Source: Bdellovibrionota bacterium (GTDB taxonomy: Bacteria; Bdellovibrionota_C; UBA2361; OMII01). Taken from it: a DNA stretch of 22,674 nt. The notes below the pieces were generated by a model. That model saw only the letters and a program-made list of their open reading frames with translations, had not been told where the DNA came from and ran no database searches. The stretch covers positions 1-22,674 of the forward strand of contig JBIJBE010000051.1 in the NCBI GenBank assembly GCA_044345405.1, written 5' to 3'. The stretch's first letter is position 1, and every line of letters begins with the position of its first letter. A program made the position numbers and the translations under genes. Of this stretch, positions 1 to 9,065 are shown piece by piece.

Positions 1-250
1 TTCGCCGCACGTAGCGCGTTTCGGTTTCATATTGGGTAGACAAAACCTGCCTGTCACCTCTTTCGTGTCGACACAGCGCCGACAAGAAAGAGGATCAGGA
101 GGGAAGAGAGCTTTAAAGGTTTTGAAGAGTCTTTTCGGAGTAGACGAATACCGTCGCTGAATGTGCGTTCCCTCGTTCGCCTTGTGGGTAAACGAGGGAA
201 TGCACATTTGGTGTGTGTGTTCGTCAACCGAACTCGAAAGGACTCAAGAA

Positions 251-757
251 ATGAAGACCAAGTTAAACAAAGAGCAGAAGAATGCCGTTCAGGCAATTGT
301 GAGGCAGTACACGAGCCAGGAGTTTCCTGGCTTCGTGGCGTGGCTGAAAGAGCAGTGGGAGGCAAATCCCCCCGCTCTCTTGGCGGATAATCCGCCCAAC
401 CACAGCTATGATGTTGAGGACGGAACTCTAGATCTCAGCATCGGCAACAAGTCCGTCCAGCAAAAGCGGAAGCACCACGAAGACCTCTCAGGAGGGATCT
501 TCGCCTACCGGATTCGGAACGACTCCGACTTCCGGACGGTCGTCCGCTTCCTGCCCACGCTGTCCGAGGATGCTCAGCAAGAGGCCGCGATGGCATTCTT
601 GCTTGAGTATCGGAAAGGCTCCTATCTCTGTAACACTACAGAGTGGCGAGACGCTGCGGTTATTCTTGGAAAAGCGGATAACCTGGACAACCCCTTTTAC
701 CAAGCGGTTTGTCAGGCAATCCTTGGGGTGTTTCGGGAGGAAAGCTGGATCGCATAA
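251..757 (+). CDS. Hypothetical protein (~168 aa)
   Basis: Long ORF (track 161..757). ATG at 251 follows an AAAGGA SD-like motif, so it is preferred as the start. Protein-like composition; no family recognised. Confidence 0.65.
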   Translation: MKTKLNKEQKNAVQAIVRQYTSQEFPGFVAWLKEQWEANPPALLADNPPNHSYDVEDGTLDLSIGNKSVQQKRKHHEDLSGGIFAYRIRNDSDFRTVVRFLPTLSEDAQQEAAMAFLLEYRKGSYLCNTTEWRDAAVILGKADNLDNPFYQAVCQAILGVFREESWIA

Positions 758-786
758 CACGACCCCGCTTCGCCCCGCTACATCTC

Positions 787-829
787 GGAGGTTAGGAAAA
801 GAGTTCTCGCTCTCTCCCTCCTAACCTCC
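787..829. terminator. Hairpin between convergent genes, possible terminator
   Basis: Perfect 11-bp inverted repeat GGAGGTTAGGA (787-797) / TCCTAACCTCC (819-829) between stops at 757 (+) and 870 (-). No strong U-tract. Confidence 0.45.
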
Positions 830-869
830 ACCTATTCACTTGTACAAAGATCTTTCTTCCTCCAGCGCA

Positions 870-1628
870 TTACCGCGGAAGTCTGTGCTCAAAAAACTGC
901 CCATCGCGCGCTTCAAAGATTCTAAGCGTAGTCGCGAGGTTCCAATGTCGATTGAGCTCCCGCTCCGCTTTTGGGGATGACCGCTCAAGAACGATGATAT
1001 CCTCAAGCCACCCAAGACTGTCTAGATCATAGAGATACCCTTGAGCGCTCTTCTCTTGAGCTTCTTGTCGTGTCGCTTCGCGGACGTGGACATGGTGCGG
1101 AAATTTAAATCTCTCTACCAAACCGCAATCCTCAAGTACCCTCTTCATCTTATCGAATCCGACGTGGGCGTTCGCGTGTCCGGTAGAGGCAAGCGCGTTC
1201 TCAACCGCTAATCTCGTGAGGAAGCGTGAGATTCCTGTATTTTTGAAAGGGGTTAGTAATATGTGGTCGAGCTTTGTGACGTCGGTCTGGACGTAGAACC
1301 TCTGCTCCGGTTTTGAAAATCCCGCCTCTTCATTGTGCGCGGGAAGAACGACAATCTTCCTCTCAAAGTCAGCGAACCGAACGACGTACGGCTTATCGTT
1401 GTGGGTGAACGCGGTGATGAATGATCCACGCTCAGGAGCGACGAGTGGAGTCGTAACGTCAGAGCATGCGAAGTGGACAGTTACCTGAGGGTTACGCCCC
1501 TCCTGGAAGGAAAGTGAGGCCAGCTGAACGCCAAGCCTGAGGTCCGGCACCGGGAACGTGGTACGGGCCATCGCTAACCCACTGGGGGCGTCGAGGGAGA
1601 CCGGCGGTGGTGGGCTTTGCCTGAGCAT
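870..1628 (-). CDS. Hypothetical protein (252 aa)
   Basis: Long ORF with no competing long frame; no motif recognised; start uncertain. Confidence 0.65.
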   Translation of the reverse strand: MLRQSPPPPVSLDAPSGLAMARTTFPVPDLRLGVQLASLSFQEGRNPQVTVHFACSDVTTPLVAPERGSFITAFTHNDKPYVVRFADFERKIVVLPAHNEEAGFSKPEQRFYVQTDVTKLDHILLTPFKNTGISRFLTRLAVENALASTGHANAHVGFDKMKRVLEDCGLVERFKFPHHVHVREATRQEAQEKSAQGYLYDLDSLGWLEDIIVLERSSPKAERELNRHWNLATTLRIFEARDGQFFEHRLPR

Positions 1629-1732
1629 TACTGATTAAATGCAGGTTGTTCTGCAAGGGATGCCAGGATTTCGTAGGACCAACCTGTATTCAACGGGTTA
1701 GATGTGCTATTTGGTCACCCGCCGGTTGCGGA

Positions 1733-2518
1733 TCAACCCTTCACCATCGCGCGGAGCTGAGCGAGAAGCGACTGCAACAGCGCTCGCTGCGGCTTCCAGA
1801 TGGTCTCCGCCCGTATCAGGTTTCCATCCTCCAGCTCCCACTGTCGCTGATCAGGAGCGATAGAGGCGATCAACTCTTCTAGTGGCTTCATGGTGTTCAG
1901 TTCGTATGGATACCGCTCCTCTACCTCTCGCACGACCTCAGAGAAGGGGGTGCCAGCGGCGAGCCGATTCTTGGTGAGCGCGCTCGTTTTGAGCGCATCC
2001 TCGATCCGTTGTTCGGCGCGTTTAAGCGCCCGTTCAACTCGGGAGATCTCGTGCGCTACCAGGGTATCTACATCAAGGAGCGCCCCTAGCTCGACCCGTA
2101 ATGAGTGCGGAAAATGAGCACCTTCACGCTCAACGAGCGCCTGAAGTCGTGGGCGATAGCTCTTGATAAAGCAGATACGAAAGAGCGCTGTTGAGGGATG
2201 AAATACGTTTTTCGAGGCGATGATCCGATTGAGGAGCTCAAGAAGTCCGAGGCGGGTTAGTCGAAACAGTTGAACGCTCCTCTTTGAGCTCCTTTTCGCG
2301 AAGCCGTTCTCCATCAACGTAGAGAGGAACCTTGCGAGCTGCGTGTTCTGAAGAGCGTGCGTCGCCGATTCGACATCCTCTGACCAATTAAGAAAGAGCT
2401 CCACGAAGAACCTGATATCCCGAAGGCGAAAGCCCTCCTCAAAGAAGCTCGCATGCGCGGCGAGGGTGGCGCTGGCCATGAAGATCTCAAGTCGGTCGAC
2501 GGTCGAGCGTTGGGTCAT
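1733..2518 (-). CDS. Putative winged-helix transcriptional regulator with C-terminal coiled-coil region
   Basis: Segment TQLARFLSTLMENGFAKRSSKRSVQLFRLTRLGLLELL resembles a recognition helix plus wing ending in a Y/F-x-LT-x-x-G motif (PadR/PaaX-like). Divergent from pspA. The CDS is well supported; the function is inferred. Confidence 0.6.
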   Translation of the reverse strand: MTQRSTVDRLEIFMASATLAAHASFFEEGFRLRDIRFFVELFLNWSEDVESATHALQNTQLARFLSTLMENGFAKRSSKRSVQLFRLTRLGLLELLNRIIASKNVFHPSTALFRICFIKSYRPRLQALVEREGAHFPHSLRVELGALLDVDTLVAHEISRVERALKRAEQRIEDALKTSALTKNRLAAGTPFSEVVREVEERYPYELNTMKPLEELIASIAPDQRQWELEDGNLIRAETIWKPQRALLQSLLAQLRAMVKG

Positions 2519-2521
2519 GAG

Positions 2522-2533
2522 TACATTGTAACA
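2522..2533 (-). promoter_or_regulatory. Extended -10 element (TGnTACAAT) and second operator-like site just upstream of the regulator ATG
   Basis: Minus strand reads TG-T-TACAAT-GTACTC-ATG, placing the -10 hexamer 6 nt from the start codon. It shares the core GTTACAATGTA with the palindrome at 2604-2620. Confidence 0.55.
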
Positions 2534-2603
2534 AACTGTAGAAAGGCTAGGTAGCGATATCTATACCACTACTACAATAGGTTATGCCTGTTGAGGACCT
2601 ACA

Positions 2604-2620
2604 TAGTTACAATGTAACTA
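2604..2620. promoter_or_regulatory. Palindromic operator TAGTTACA-A-TGTAACTA upstream of pspA
   Basis: Perfect 8-1-8 inverted repeat that overlaps a TACAAT -10-like hexamer (2608-2613) on the + strand. Confidence 0.6.
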
Positions 2621-2695
2621 CGCTGCTCGCCATTTTCTCCCGTTTCTCTTGATACCATTGGTGAAGATAACAACTTCCCTTTTGAAGGAGGAACT

Positions 2696-3346
2696 ATGAA
2701 TAGCTTACGACGATTGACCGCCAGTATTCTCTCAAGCTTTGAGGGAGTGATCGGCCAACTTGAGAACCATGAGGCGCTTGTAACCACCGCCATCCGCGAA
2801 GCAGAGCAGGCCGCCGGCCGAGCGAAAGCTCAGCTGTGTCGGGTGCAAAAGGACGGTCTCGCGATGCGCAAGCGCGTAGAGGAGCTACGCGAACAAGCAT
2901 CGACATGGGAGGAGCGGGCGAAGCGCATCGCCACTCAGGATGAAGTGAAAGCGCTCGAGTGTGTGCGGCGACGGCAGCGACATCTTGCTGAAGCCGCTAA
3001 GATCGAGGAGCAGGCGGTCGGGCATGTGAAGCTTGAGCGTCAACTAAACGCTGACCTCGCCGTTGTGCAGGAGAAGCTCACCGCTCTGCGACACCAACGA
3101 AATATCATGCGCACACGCGAATCTCGAGCTGAGGCGCTTCGAGTCGTTCATAGCGTTGATTCCTCAACGATCGGAGAGATCGATGACATCTTCGATCGGT
3201 GGGAGGCTCGCATCAGTGCGTGTGAACACCATGTTGAATCATCGATATCGAGCGATGTTGATGAGCTCAACCAGGAGTTCACCTCGAAGGAGGAAGAGGG
3301 CGAGCTGCACGCGATCCTTCAAGCCCTCACTAATCAAAAACAGTAA
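2696..3346 (+). CDS. pspA: PspA/IM30 (Vipp1, ESCRT-III-like) family protein
   Basis: 216 aa, helical coiled-coil pattern. N-terminal amphipathic MNSLRRLTASI, LENHEAL (cf. EDPEKML), WEERAKRI...DEVKALEC, and FDRWEARI (cf. FERMEEKI). Strong SD GGAGG. Confidence 0.85.
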   Translation: MNSLRRLTASILSSFEGVIGQLENHEALVTTAIREAEQAAGRAKAQLCRVQKDGLAMRKRVEELREQASTWEERAKRIATQDEVKALECVRRRQRHLAEAAKIEEQAVGHVKLERQLNADLAVVQEKLTALRHQRNIMRTRESRAEALRVVHSVDSSTIGEIDDIFDRWEARISACEHHVESSISSDVDELNQEFTSKEEEGELHAILQALTNQKQ

Positions 3347-3380
3347 TCGAGAAAACACTTGAGTCAAAACGGAGATCTAT

Positions 3381-4769
3381 ATGAACACTGAGCTACTAAG
3401 AGAAGAGCGAGAGATAGACGAAGCGTTGGCTTCGGATATCGCGAAGCGTGAGAAGCAAAGCGAGGAGCGACTCGCGGCGGTCAATCGAGAGCGGGAGAAG
3501 GTCTCTCGTATCGGAACGGCGCTGCGGTACGTCGGTATCGCGGTTCTCTTCGCGGCTACCGGCTCCTTTATGTTTCAGCGATGGGGAGAGATGACCCATC
3601 TTGCCCGGTACCTCTCCTTTCTAGTCTTCACGGTGGGCGTGTGCGCAGCGGGTCTTCTGTGTGGATTGAAGATAGGGGAGAACAAGGGTGCTCGAACCCT
3701 TTTGGGAGTTGTTGTGGCGCTGATACCGGTACACGCCGCGCAGCTTGGCGCGATCCTCTTCTCTTGGTTCGGGGCGCCGCTCCGGAATCCCGTTTCGTAT
3801 CCAAGCGCGCTGTATTGGAACGTCTCCTCACTTTCTGACGCGTTGATCGCGGTGGGTGTTGGTGTCGCGACCCTGGTGCCGATGGCGTTCATGGCGTACT
3901 CCGTACTCGCTCGTTCGCACGCCCGACAACTGCTGGCTCTTGGGTGTGGTGTGAGCGCCGCGCTCTTGGTTCCTACGCGAGATCCGCTCGTCGTAGGGGC
4001 GATTATGGCGGTTGCGTCGGCGGTCGCGTTGGTGGGAGAGGTGCGATTATCCTCGGTAATCGAGTTGCGAACTCGTGAGGGGATGATTGCCCGTAGCGTT
4101 CCATTTCTCGCTATCGCGATGATGATCGGACGGCAATGCTTCCTCTACAACGCGACGTCGCTCTTCATGGGCTTCGTATGTCTTGTCGCGAGCGCGGTAC
4201 TCTTCGAGATGATTCCTCGCTTGAAGATAAGCGGGTTGGTGACGACCTTAAGCGAGCATCTCTCGATGCCACTTATGGCGCTTGCGGCCTTTTATCTCGG
4301 TGATGCCTGTGTAGAAGGTTTCGGATTAGCGCAATCGGCACTCGAGCCTCTCGTGATCGGATTGCCTATCGGCATAGCGTTCACGGTGATGGCTGAGCGA
4401 GCTCGTGAGTCGGCTGGTGTGTTCCGCGCCGCATCCTCCACCGCTCTCTTCTGCACCGGGCTTGCTGAGTTGATGAGTGTGGGTAGTGTTCAAGCCGGCA
4501 TCGTATCGCTCCTCCTCGGCATTATCGCTCTCACCGTGGCGTGTGTCACGGAGAGAAAGGGACTGTTCCTTGCGGGAGTCTCGCTGATCGTACTATCGCT
4601 CGGCAGGATTACCCTTGAAGCGCTCGCGAACGTTTCGGTGAGCCCTTGGGTTATCCTCGGAGTCATCGGGGTCGCTACGATAGTAGGAGCGTCCTACATC
4701 GAGCGTAACTTCCTTCGACTTCGTGATGAGATCTTCGTTCTGCGGAAGAAGGTAGCGTCATGGCATTAA
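3381..4769 (+). CDS. Polytopic integral membrane protein (roughly 13-15 TM segments), possibly DUF2157-like
   Basis: 462 aa; charged helical N-terminus followed by many hydrophobic segments. SD GGAG; 34 nt after pspA. Confidence 0.8.
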   Translation: MNTELLREEREIDEALASDIAKREKQSEERLAAVNREREKVSRIGTALRYVGIAVLFAATGSFMFQRWGEMTHLARYLSFLVFTVGVCAAGLLCGLKIGENKGARTLLGVVVALIPVHAAQLGAILFSWFGAPLRNPVSYPSALYWNVSSLSDALIAVGVGVATLVPMAFMAYSVLARSHARQLLALGCGVSAALLVPTRDPLVVGAIMAVASAVALVGEVRLSSVIELRTREGMIARSVPFLAIAMMIGRQCFLYNATSLFMGFVCLVASAVLFEMIPRLKISGLVTTLSEHLSMPLMALAAFYLGDACVEGFGLAQSALEPLVIGLPIGIAFTVMAERARESAGVFRAASSTALFCTGLAELMSVGSVQAGIVSLLLGIIALTVACVTERKGLFLAGVSLIVLSLGRITLEALANVSVSPWVILGVIGVATIVGASYIERNFLRLRDEIFVLRKKVASWH

Positions 4770-5018
4770 GGTAGATTGAAAAGATAGACTGCCCCCTCTT
4801 TTCCCTCTCGTCGCGTTCTTTGTGAAAATCCAAAAATTCCGGATTGAAACAAAGAGAACGGTGAGAGGGGAAGGAGGGGGATTCACATTGAGTTTCTTGT
4901 TGCAGCGTCCTACGTTTCAGTAAGTTACCCGTTTTCATAAAAAAGGTTAAAGCTGCGAGGAGCTCCTCAGCGTGGTACTCTGAACAAGAATGCCGAGCCA
5001 TCTCGAAGATGGCGCGTA

Positions 5019-7019
5019 GTGTCCCGGGATATGATCGATCGCCTTCTCGCATCGCTGCTCTCCCTTATGGCCTGTTTCATGGGCGCGTCTGCCGATCGCG
5101 CAGTGGCACAGAGTGGAGCCCCACGACGTCTTGGGACGAACCTTGAAGCGGTAACCGATTACTCTCCTCAGACCCCATTTACGGACCTCTTTCTTAGCTC
5201 CCGCGAGTGGTTCACGCAGTGCCACGTTGGTGTTGATCCGGGATGCTCGAGCTCGAACTCGTGGGATACCGGCGAAGCAGGGTCTCTCGATCTCGACGCC
5301 AATGGTTGGGTGCGGTCTCTACCCGCTTCCTCTGATACTCCCATCTACACCTCGGTCGCTACCTTCTGGGATCTTCCATCCGATTTTCCGTCCGGTAGGT
5401 ATGTGGTCCTCTACGATGGGCAGGGAACGATTGAATACGGGCTCGGCGCGACTCGGATCGCGGAGCTTTCATCACCGGGCCGGGATGTTGTCCAGGTAAA
5501 CATCTCTGGTGGTGGTATCTTGTTGCGAATCACGGCTACCGATCCCTTATCGGATGGAGACTATGTACGTTCGATCCGGTTTGTCGCAGAGGGAGATGAA
5601 ACTAGGCTGATAACGAACCGCTTCTCGCGGATCTTTATCGATCGTCTTCAACCCTACACCGCGCTTCGATTTATGGATTGGATGCGCACCAACGATTCCG
5701 TGGTTTCGTCCTGGAGCGGTAGGGCTCAAGCGACCGACGTTCGTTACTCAACGTCAAAGGGCGTTCCGGTGGAGGTCATGGTTGATCTCTCAAACACCAC
5801 TGAAAAAGCGCCGTGGTTCACCATGCCGCATCAAGCAACCGATGAGTACGTTCAACAGTTCGCTACCGTTGTGCGGGATCAACTTATTTCTTCTCTACCT
5901 ATCTACGTTGAGTACTCGAACGAGGTCTGGAACTCAGCGTTCTCCCAAGGTGACTGGGTTGAGGGGCGAGGCGTGATCGAATGGCCTGGCTCACTCGAGA
6001 GCCGGTTTACGAAACGGATCAATTGGCACGGAAAGAGAACGGCGGAGGTGTGCGAGATATGGAAGTCGGTGTTCGCCGTCGCACCGGAGCGGGTTATCTG
6101 CGTGCTTGCATCGCAAGCCGCGAATAGTTGGACAGCGCAAGAGGGGCTCTCATGTCCGTTGTGGAATGAGGCCCCATGTGTCTCCCACGGTATTAACGCG
6201 ATAGCGGTCGCGCCCTATTTCGGCGGATATCTCGGTGAGGCGGGTAACGCCTCGGAGGTTTCAGGTTGGTCATCCTCCTTGGCTGGTATGACGAAGCTAT
6301 TCATAGAGCTGCAATCCGGCGGAAAGCTCGCAGGGGGGCCAACAGGGGGCGCAATAGCGCAGAGCTTTGAGTGGATGGAGGCGAATAAATCGGTCGCGGA
6401 TATCTTTAACGTCGCGCTGCTCTCGTATGAGGGGGGACAACATCTTGTTGGGGTTGGTGGAGCTGAGAATGACTCAATGCTCACGACTATCTTTACCGCC
6501 GCGAACAGGGATGCTCGCATGGGCACGCTCTACACCTCGTACCTACAAGGTTGGGAGGCTCGCGGTGGTGGGCTCTTTATGCACTTTAATGATGTGGGCG
6601 CCTACTCGCGCTACGGTTCGTGGGGAGCTCTCGAAAATGTGGAGCAGACCTCTTCACCGAAGTACGACGCGTTGTGGACCTACTCGTTGGGAACAACTCC
6701 TCCCGGATCGCTGACCCCAACTCCGGAGCCGACAGCCACGCCGTCTCCCCGTTCTAAGCGGCGCTTGCGTATTCGCAAAGAGGGAAGGGGAACCGTTGTG
6801 AGTTCTCCGTCGGGAATTCAGTGTGGAGGGCGCTGCGCCGCCGATTTTAGAGCGGGAAGAACGGTGCGCCTATTTGCGCGTCCCTCACGGGGATATCGTT
6901 TCGCGGGGTGGTCGGGCGCATGCTCTTCAAACGACTCGTCGTGCTCCCTCACACTCTCATCTTCTCAGATAGTGCGAGCTACCTTTACCCGTAGCCGCAA
7001 AGTAGGTGGGGTCTCGTGA
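5019..7019 (+). CDS. Secreted putative glycoside hydrolase (clan GH-A-like) with Pro/Thr linker and C-terminal InlB B-repeat-like domain
   Basis: Signal-peptide-like N-terminus (alternative ATG at 5031). Motifs LRFMDW, YVEYSNEVWN and YEGGQH. Linker TPTPEPTATPSP. C-terminal GxGTVxSxPxGIxC...GYRFAGWSGAC repeat. Confidence 0.75.
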   Translation: MSRDMIDRLLASLLSLMACFMGASADRAVAQSGAPRRLGTNLEAVTDYSPQTPFTDLFLSSREWFTQCHVGVDPGCSSSNSWDTGEAGSLDLDANGWVRSLPASSDTPIYTSVATFWDLPSDFPSGRYVVLYDGQGTIEYGLGATRIAELSSPGRDVVQVNISGGGILLRITATDPLSDGDYVRSIRFVAEGDETRLITNRFSRIFIDRLQPYTALRFMDWMRTNDSVVSSWSGRAQATDVRYSTSKGVPVEVMVDLSNTTEKAPWFTMPHQATDEYVQQFATVVRDQLISSLPIYVEYSNEVWNSAFSQGDWVEGRGVIEWPGSLESRFTKRINWHGKRTAEVCEIWKSVFAVAPERVICVLASQAANSWTAQEGLSCPLWNEAPCVSHGINAIAVAPYFGGYLGEAGNASEVSGWSSSLAGMTKLFIELQSGGKLAGGPTGGAIAQSFEWMEANKSVADIFNVALLSYEGGQHLVGVGGAENDSMLTTIFTAANRDARMGTLYTSYLQGWEARGGGLFMHFNDVGAYSRYGSWGALENVEQTSSPKYDALWTYSLGTTPPGSLTPTPEPTATPSPRSKRRLRIRKEGRGTVVSSPSGIQCGGRCAADFRAGRTVRLFARPSRGYRFAGWSGACSSNDSSCSLTLSSSQIVRATFTRSRKVGGVS

Positions 7020-7070
7020 TGAGGACGTGGCTATGATAGGACTCGTGTTTTTACAATGTGAGGTGCGTTA

Positions 7071-7526
7071 GTGAGGTTCGTTCCATCCCAACCTGATTCT
7101 CAGTCCCCTACATGGGAGAGCGCGTTTGGTCTCTTCAGTTTTCAAATTGGAGCCGTGTTACTCTCTTCCCTTCTGATAGCGCCTCTTCCCGGAGACCCCG
7201 CATTCGCCGTCTCGGTGAGTGGAATGCTGACGACGCTCGCGGCGTTTCTTTATGCGCGGTTGGCCGAGAGTCAGGTGTCCGGCGCTCTTCGGCAGCCCCG
7301 GTGTCGGATGATATTGGCTCGTCGAGCCGCGTTCGTGACGAGCATGGTTGCCGTAGTGCCGATGGTGGCTTTTGGACTTGTGCAGGTGAAGCTCGCCGAG
7401 CTCTCGCGGAGGGATCTCTATGTAGTCGCCTTTCTGGCTTGGGGTTTGTTTATCGTCCCGTGGCTTGAGATGTGGATGGGGCTTACCTTGGCGGCGTGGT
7501 TGAAGGGGAGGGGGGCTCGATCGTAA
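7071..7526 (+). CDS. Hypothetical membrane protein (~4 TM)
   Basis: GTG start after GAGGTG SD; hydrophobic segments; fills the gap before hslR. Confidence 0.6.
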   Translation: MRFVPSQPDSQSPTWESAFGLFSFQIGAVLLSSLLIAPLPGDPAFAVSVSGMLTTLAAFLYARLAESQVSGALRQPRCRMILARRAAFVTSMVAVVPMVAFGLVQVKLAELSRRDLYVVAFLAWGLFIVPWLEMWMGLTLAAWLKGRGARS

Positions 7527-7551
7527 GGTAGAGGCACGAGGAGCTCCAGAT

Positions 7552-7944
7552 ATGGCTAAATACGATAACGAGACCGTTCGACTCGACAAATGGCTATGGG
7601 CAGCCCGATTTTTCAAGACGAGATCGATGGCGCATGAGGCGATTGAGGGTGGCAAGGTCTACGTCGATAACGTTCGAGCAAAGCCAAGCCGCTCGGTGTC
7701 GGTCGGCGATGAGATAATTATCACCACCCAACGGGGAAGATTCCAGATAGTCGTTGAGCAGGTTTCCTCTCAACGTGGCTCTGGAGCGATCGCGAGCAAG
7801 ATGTATCGAGAAACCGACGAAAGCAAAAAACAGCGTGAGGAGGTCGCGGAGATGCATCGCCTCGCGCGAAACGCCGCCCCCGACGAGCGTCCGAATTCGC
7901 AGGACCGCCGCCTGCTTCGCCGTATTAAAGAGGGTTTCGAGTAA
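7552..7944 (+). CDS. hslR: Ribosome-associated heat shock protein Hsp15 (S4 domain)
   Basis: VRLDKWLWAARFFKTRSMA...GGKV...AKPSR...YRET...RP..DRR signature; SD GAGGAG. Confidence 0.93.
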   Translation: MAKYDNETVRLDKWLWAARFFKTRSMAHEAIEGGKVYVDNVRAKPSRSVSVGDEIIITTQRGRFQIVVEQVSSQRGSGAIASKMYRETDESKKQREEVAEMHRLARNAAPDERPNSQDRRLLRRIKEGFE

Positions 7945-7967
7945 AAAAGTCGTGTCAGTCACGCGCT

Positions 7968-8456
7968 TCACACGTATTGGGCTGTGAAATCACGGTGCCA
8001 TCGGATCTCGTCAACCCTTCGTCCTATAAACCTAGATCGCTTGTAGTAGATCTCAACGATATCGATCCTTTGTTTTCGCAGCGCGTAGCGTCGACAGAGG
8101 GGCCCGTTATTGCGGATGAATCGACGCCGCAACGCGATGAGGTGTTCGTGTTTGTCACGCGTAATCGCGTCGATTGCGGGGAAGCGAGACTTGAATCGGG
8201 CGTTCCTCGTTTTCACTTCCACCACGACGATCGTCTTATCGGAGACCGCGATGATGTCCGCCTCAAGGCGTTTGGCGCGCCAATTACTGACGAGGACGAT
8301 GAGGCCGTTTTTCTCGAGGAAACGGCGCGTCACGCGCTCGCCCCACCGACCACTTGAGTAGTGTCTTAGGAACCGACGGCGAGTCGATCTCCACCATCGT
8401 GAGAGGAGTGTCGGGGCACGATGACCCCAGCGAACGTTCTTCGGTGAACCCGACAT
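7968..8456 (-). CDS. yraN: YraN/UPF0102 family PD-(D/E)xK nuclease-like protein
   Basis: GRWGE, NWR, EADIIA, VVVEVKTR and RIDIV motifs; follows rnhB. The nearest in-frame ATG is at 8456; start uncertain. Confidence 0.85.
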   Translation of the reverse strand: MSGSPKNVRWGHRAPTLLSRWWRSTRRRFLRHYSSGRWGERVTRRFLEKNGLIVLVSNWRAKRLEADIIAVSDKTIVVVEVKTRNARFKSRFPAIDAITRDKHEHLIALRRRFIRNNGPLCRRYALRKQRIDIVEIYYKRSRFIGRRVDEIRWHRDFTAQYV

Positions 8457-8959
8457 GGCCCTAACTCTATAATGGCCTTCTTGTGAGCGGGGGTGGGGTA
8501 GCCGGAGTGCTTCTCGAGTCCGTATCCCGGATACTTCGCTCCGAGGGTCTCCATAATCCGATCTCGCCATACCTTGGCCAGAATGGATGCCGCTGAGATC
8601 TGCACATGAAGACGATCACCGCCGATGACCGTTCGTTGCGGCAGCGCGCATACGATCGGTTGATTGCCATCAACGAGTACCAGATCCGCGTTTACCCGCT
8701 CTACCGCGAGCTTCATCGCGAGTTTGGTCGCCTGAAGGATATTGAGTTCCTCAATTCTTCGGGGCCCCACCGCGATGATCGCCCAACTAGAGGCTGTTTG
8801 GGTAATGTAATCGAATAAACGGTCCCGTTGTTTCGCGGTAAGGGCTTTTGAATCCTGAATTTCGGGATGGGTGAAGGTTTCATCGAAAACGGCCGCTGCC
8901 GCTACGACCGGACCGGCCAAAGGGCCTCGGCCCGCTTCATCGACTCCACATACTAACAT
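8366..8959 (-). CDS. rnhB: Ribonuclease HII
   Basis: GVDEAGRGPLAGPVVAAA, DSK, LVDGN, ISAASILAKV, GYPT and HRRTF motifs. ATG at 8959 gives a canonical N-terminus. Confidence 0.96.
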   Translation of the reverse strand: MLVCGVDEAGRGPLAGPVVAAAAVFDETFTHPEIQDSKALTAKQRDRLFDYITQTASSWAIIAVGPRRIEELNILQATKLAMKLAVERVNADLVLVDGNQPIVCALPQRTVIGGDRLHVQISAASILAKVWRDRIMETLGAKYPGYGLEKHSGYPTPAHKKAIIELGPCRVHRRTFAGVIVPRHSSHDGGDRLAVGS

Positions 8960-9065
8960 GGTCTGCTTCCCCTGAGTTCTTGGTGTGGATGGTATACCTG
9001 AAATGGAGGGGAGGGGTAAGGGTGAAGAGGGGGGCAGGGTGGACAAGTTTGGCCTATATCAACGC

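Noticed and set aside
251-1628. Convergent hypothetical pair as a toxin-antitoxin or defence system
   Set aside because: No recognisable catalytic motif, convergent rather than operonic, and no mobile context.
4675-5225. Minus-strand ORFs of 92-125 aa
   Set aside because: They overlap well-supported + strand genes and an AT-rich intergenic region; no recognisable features.
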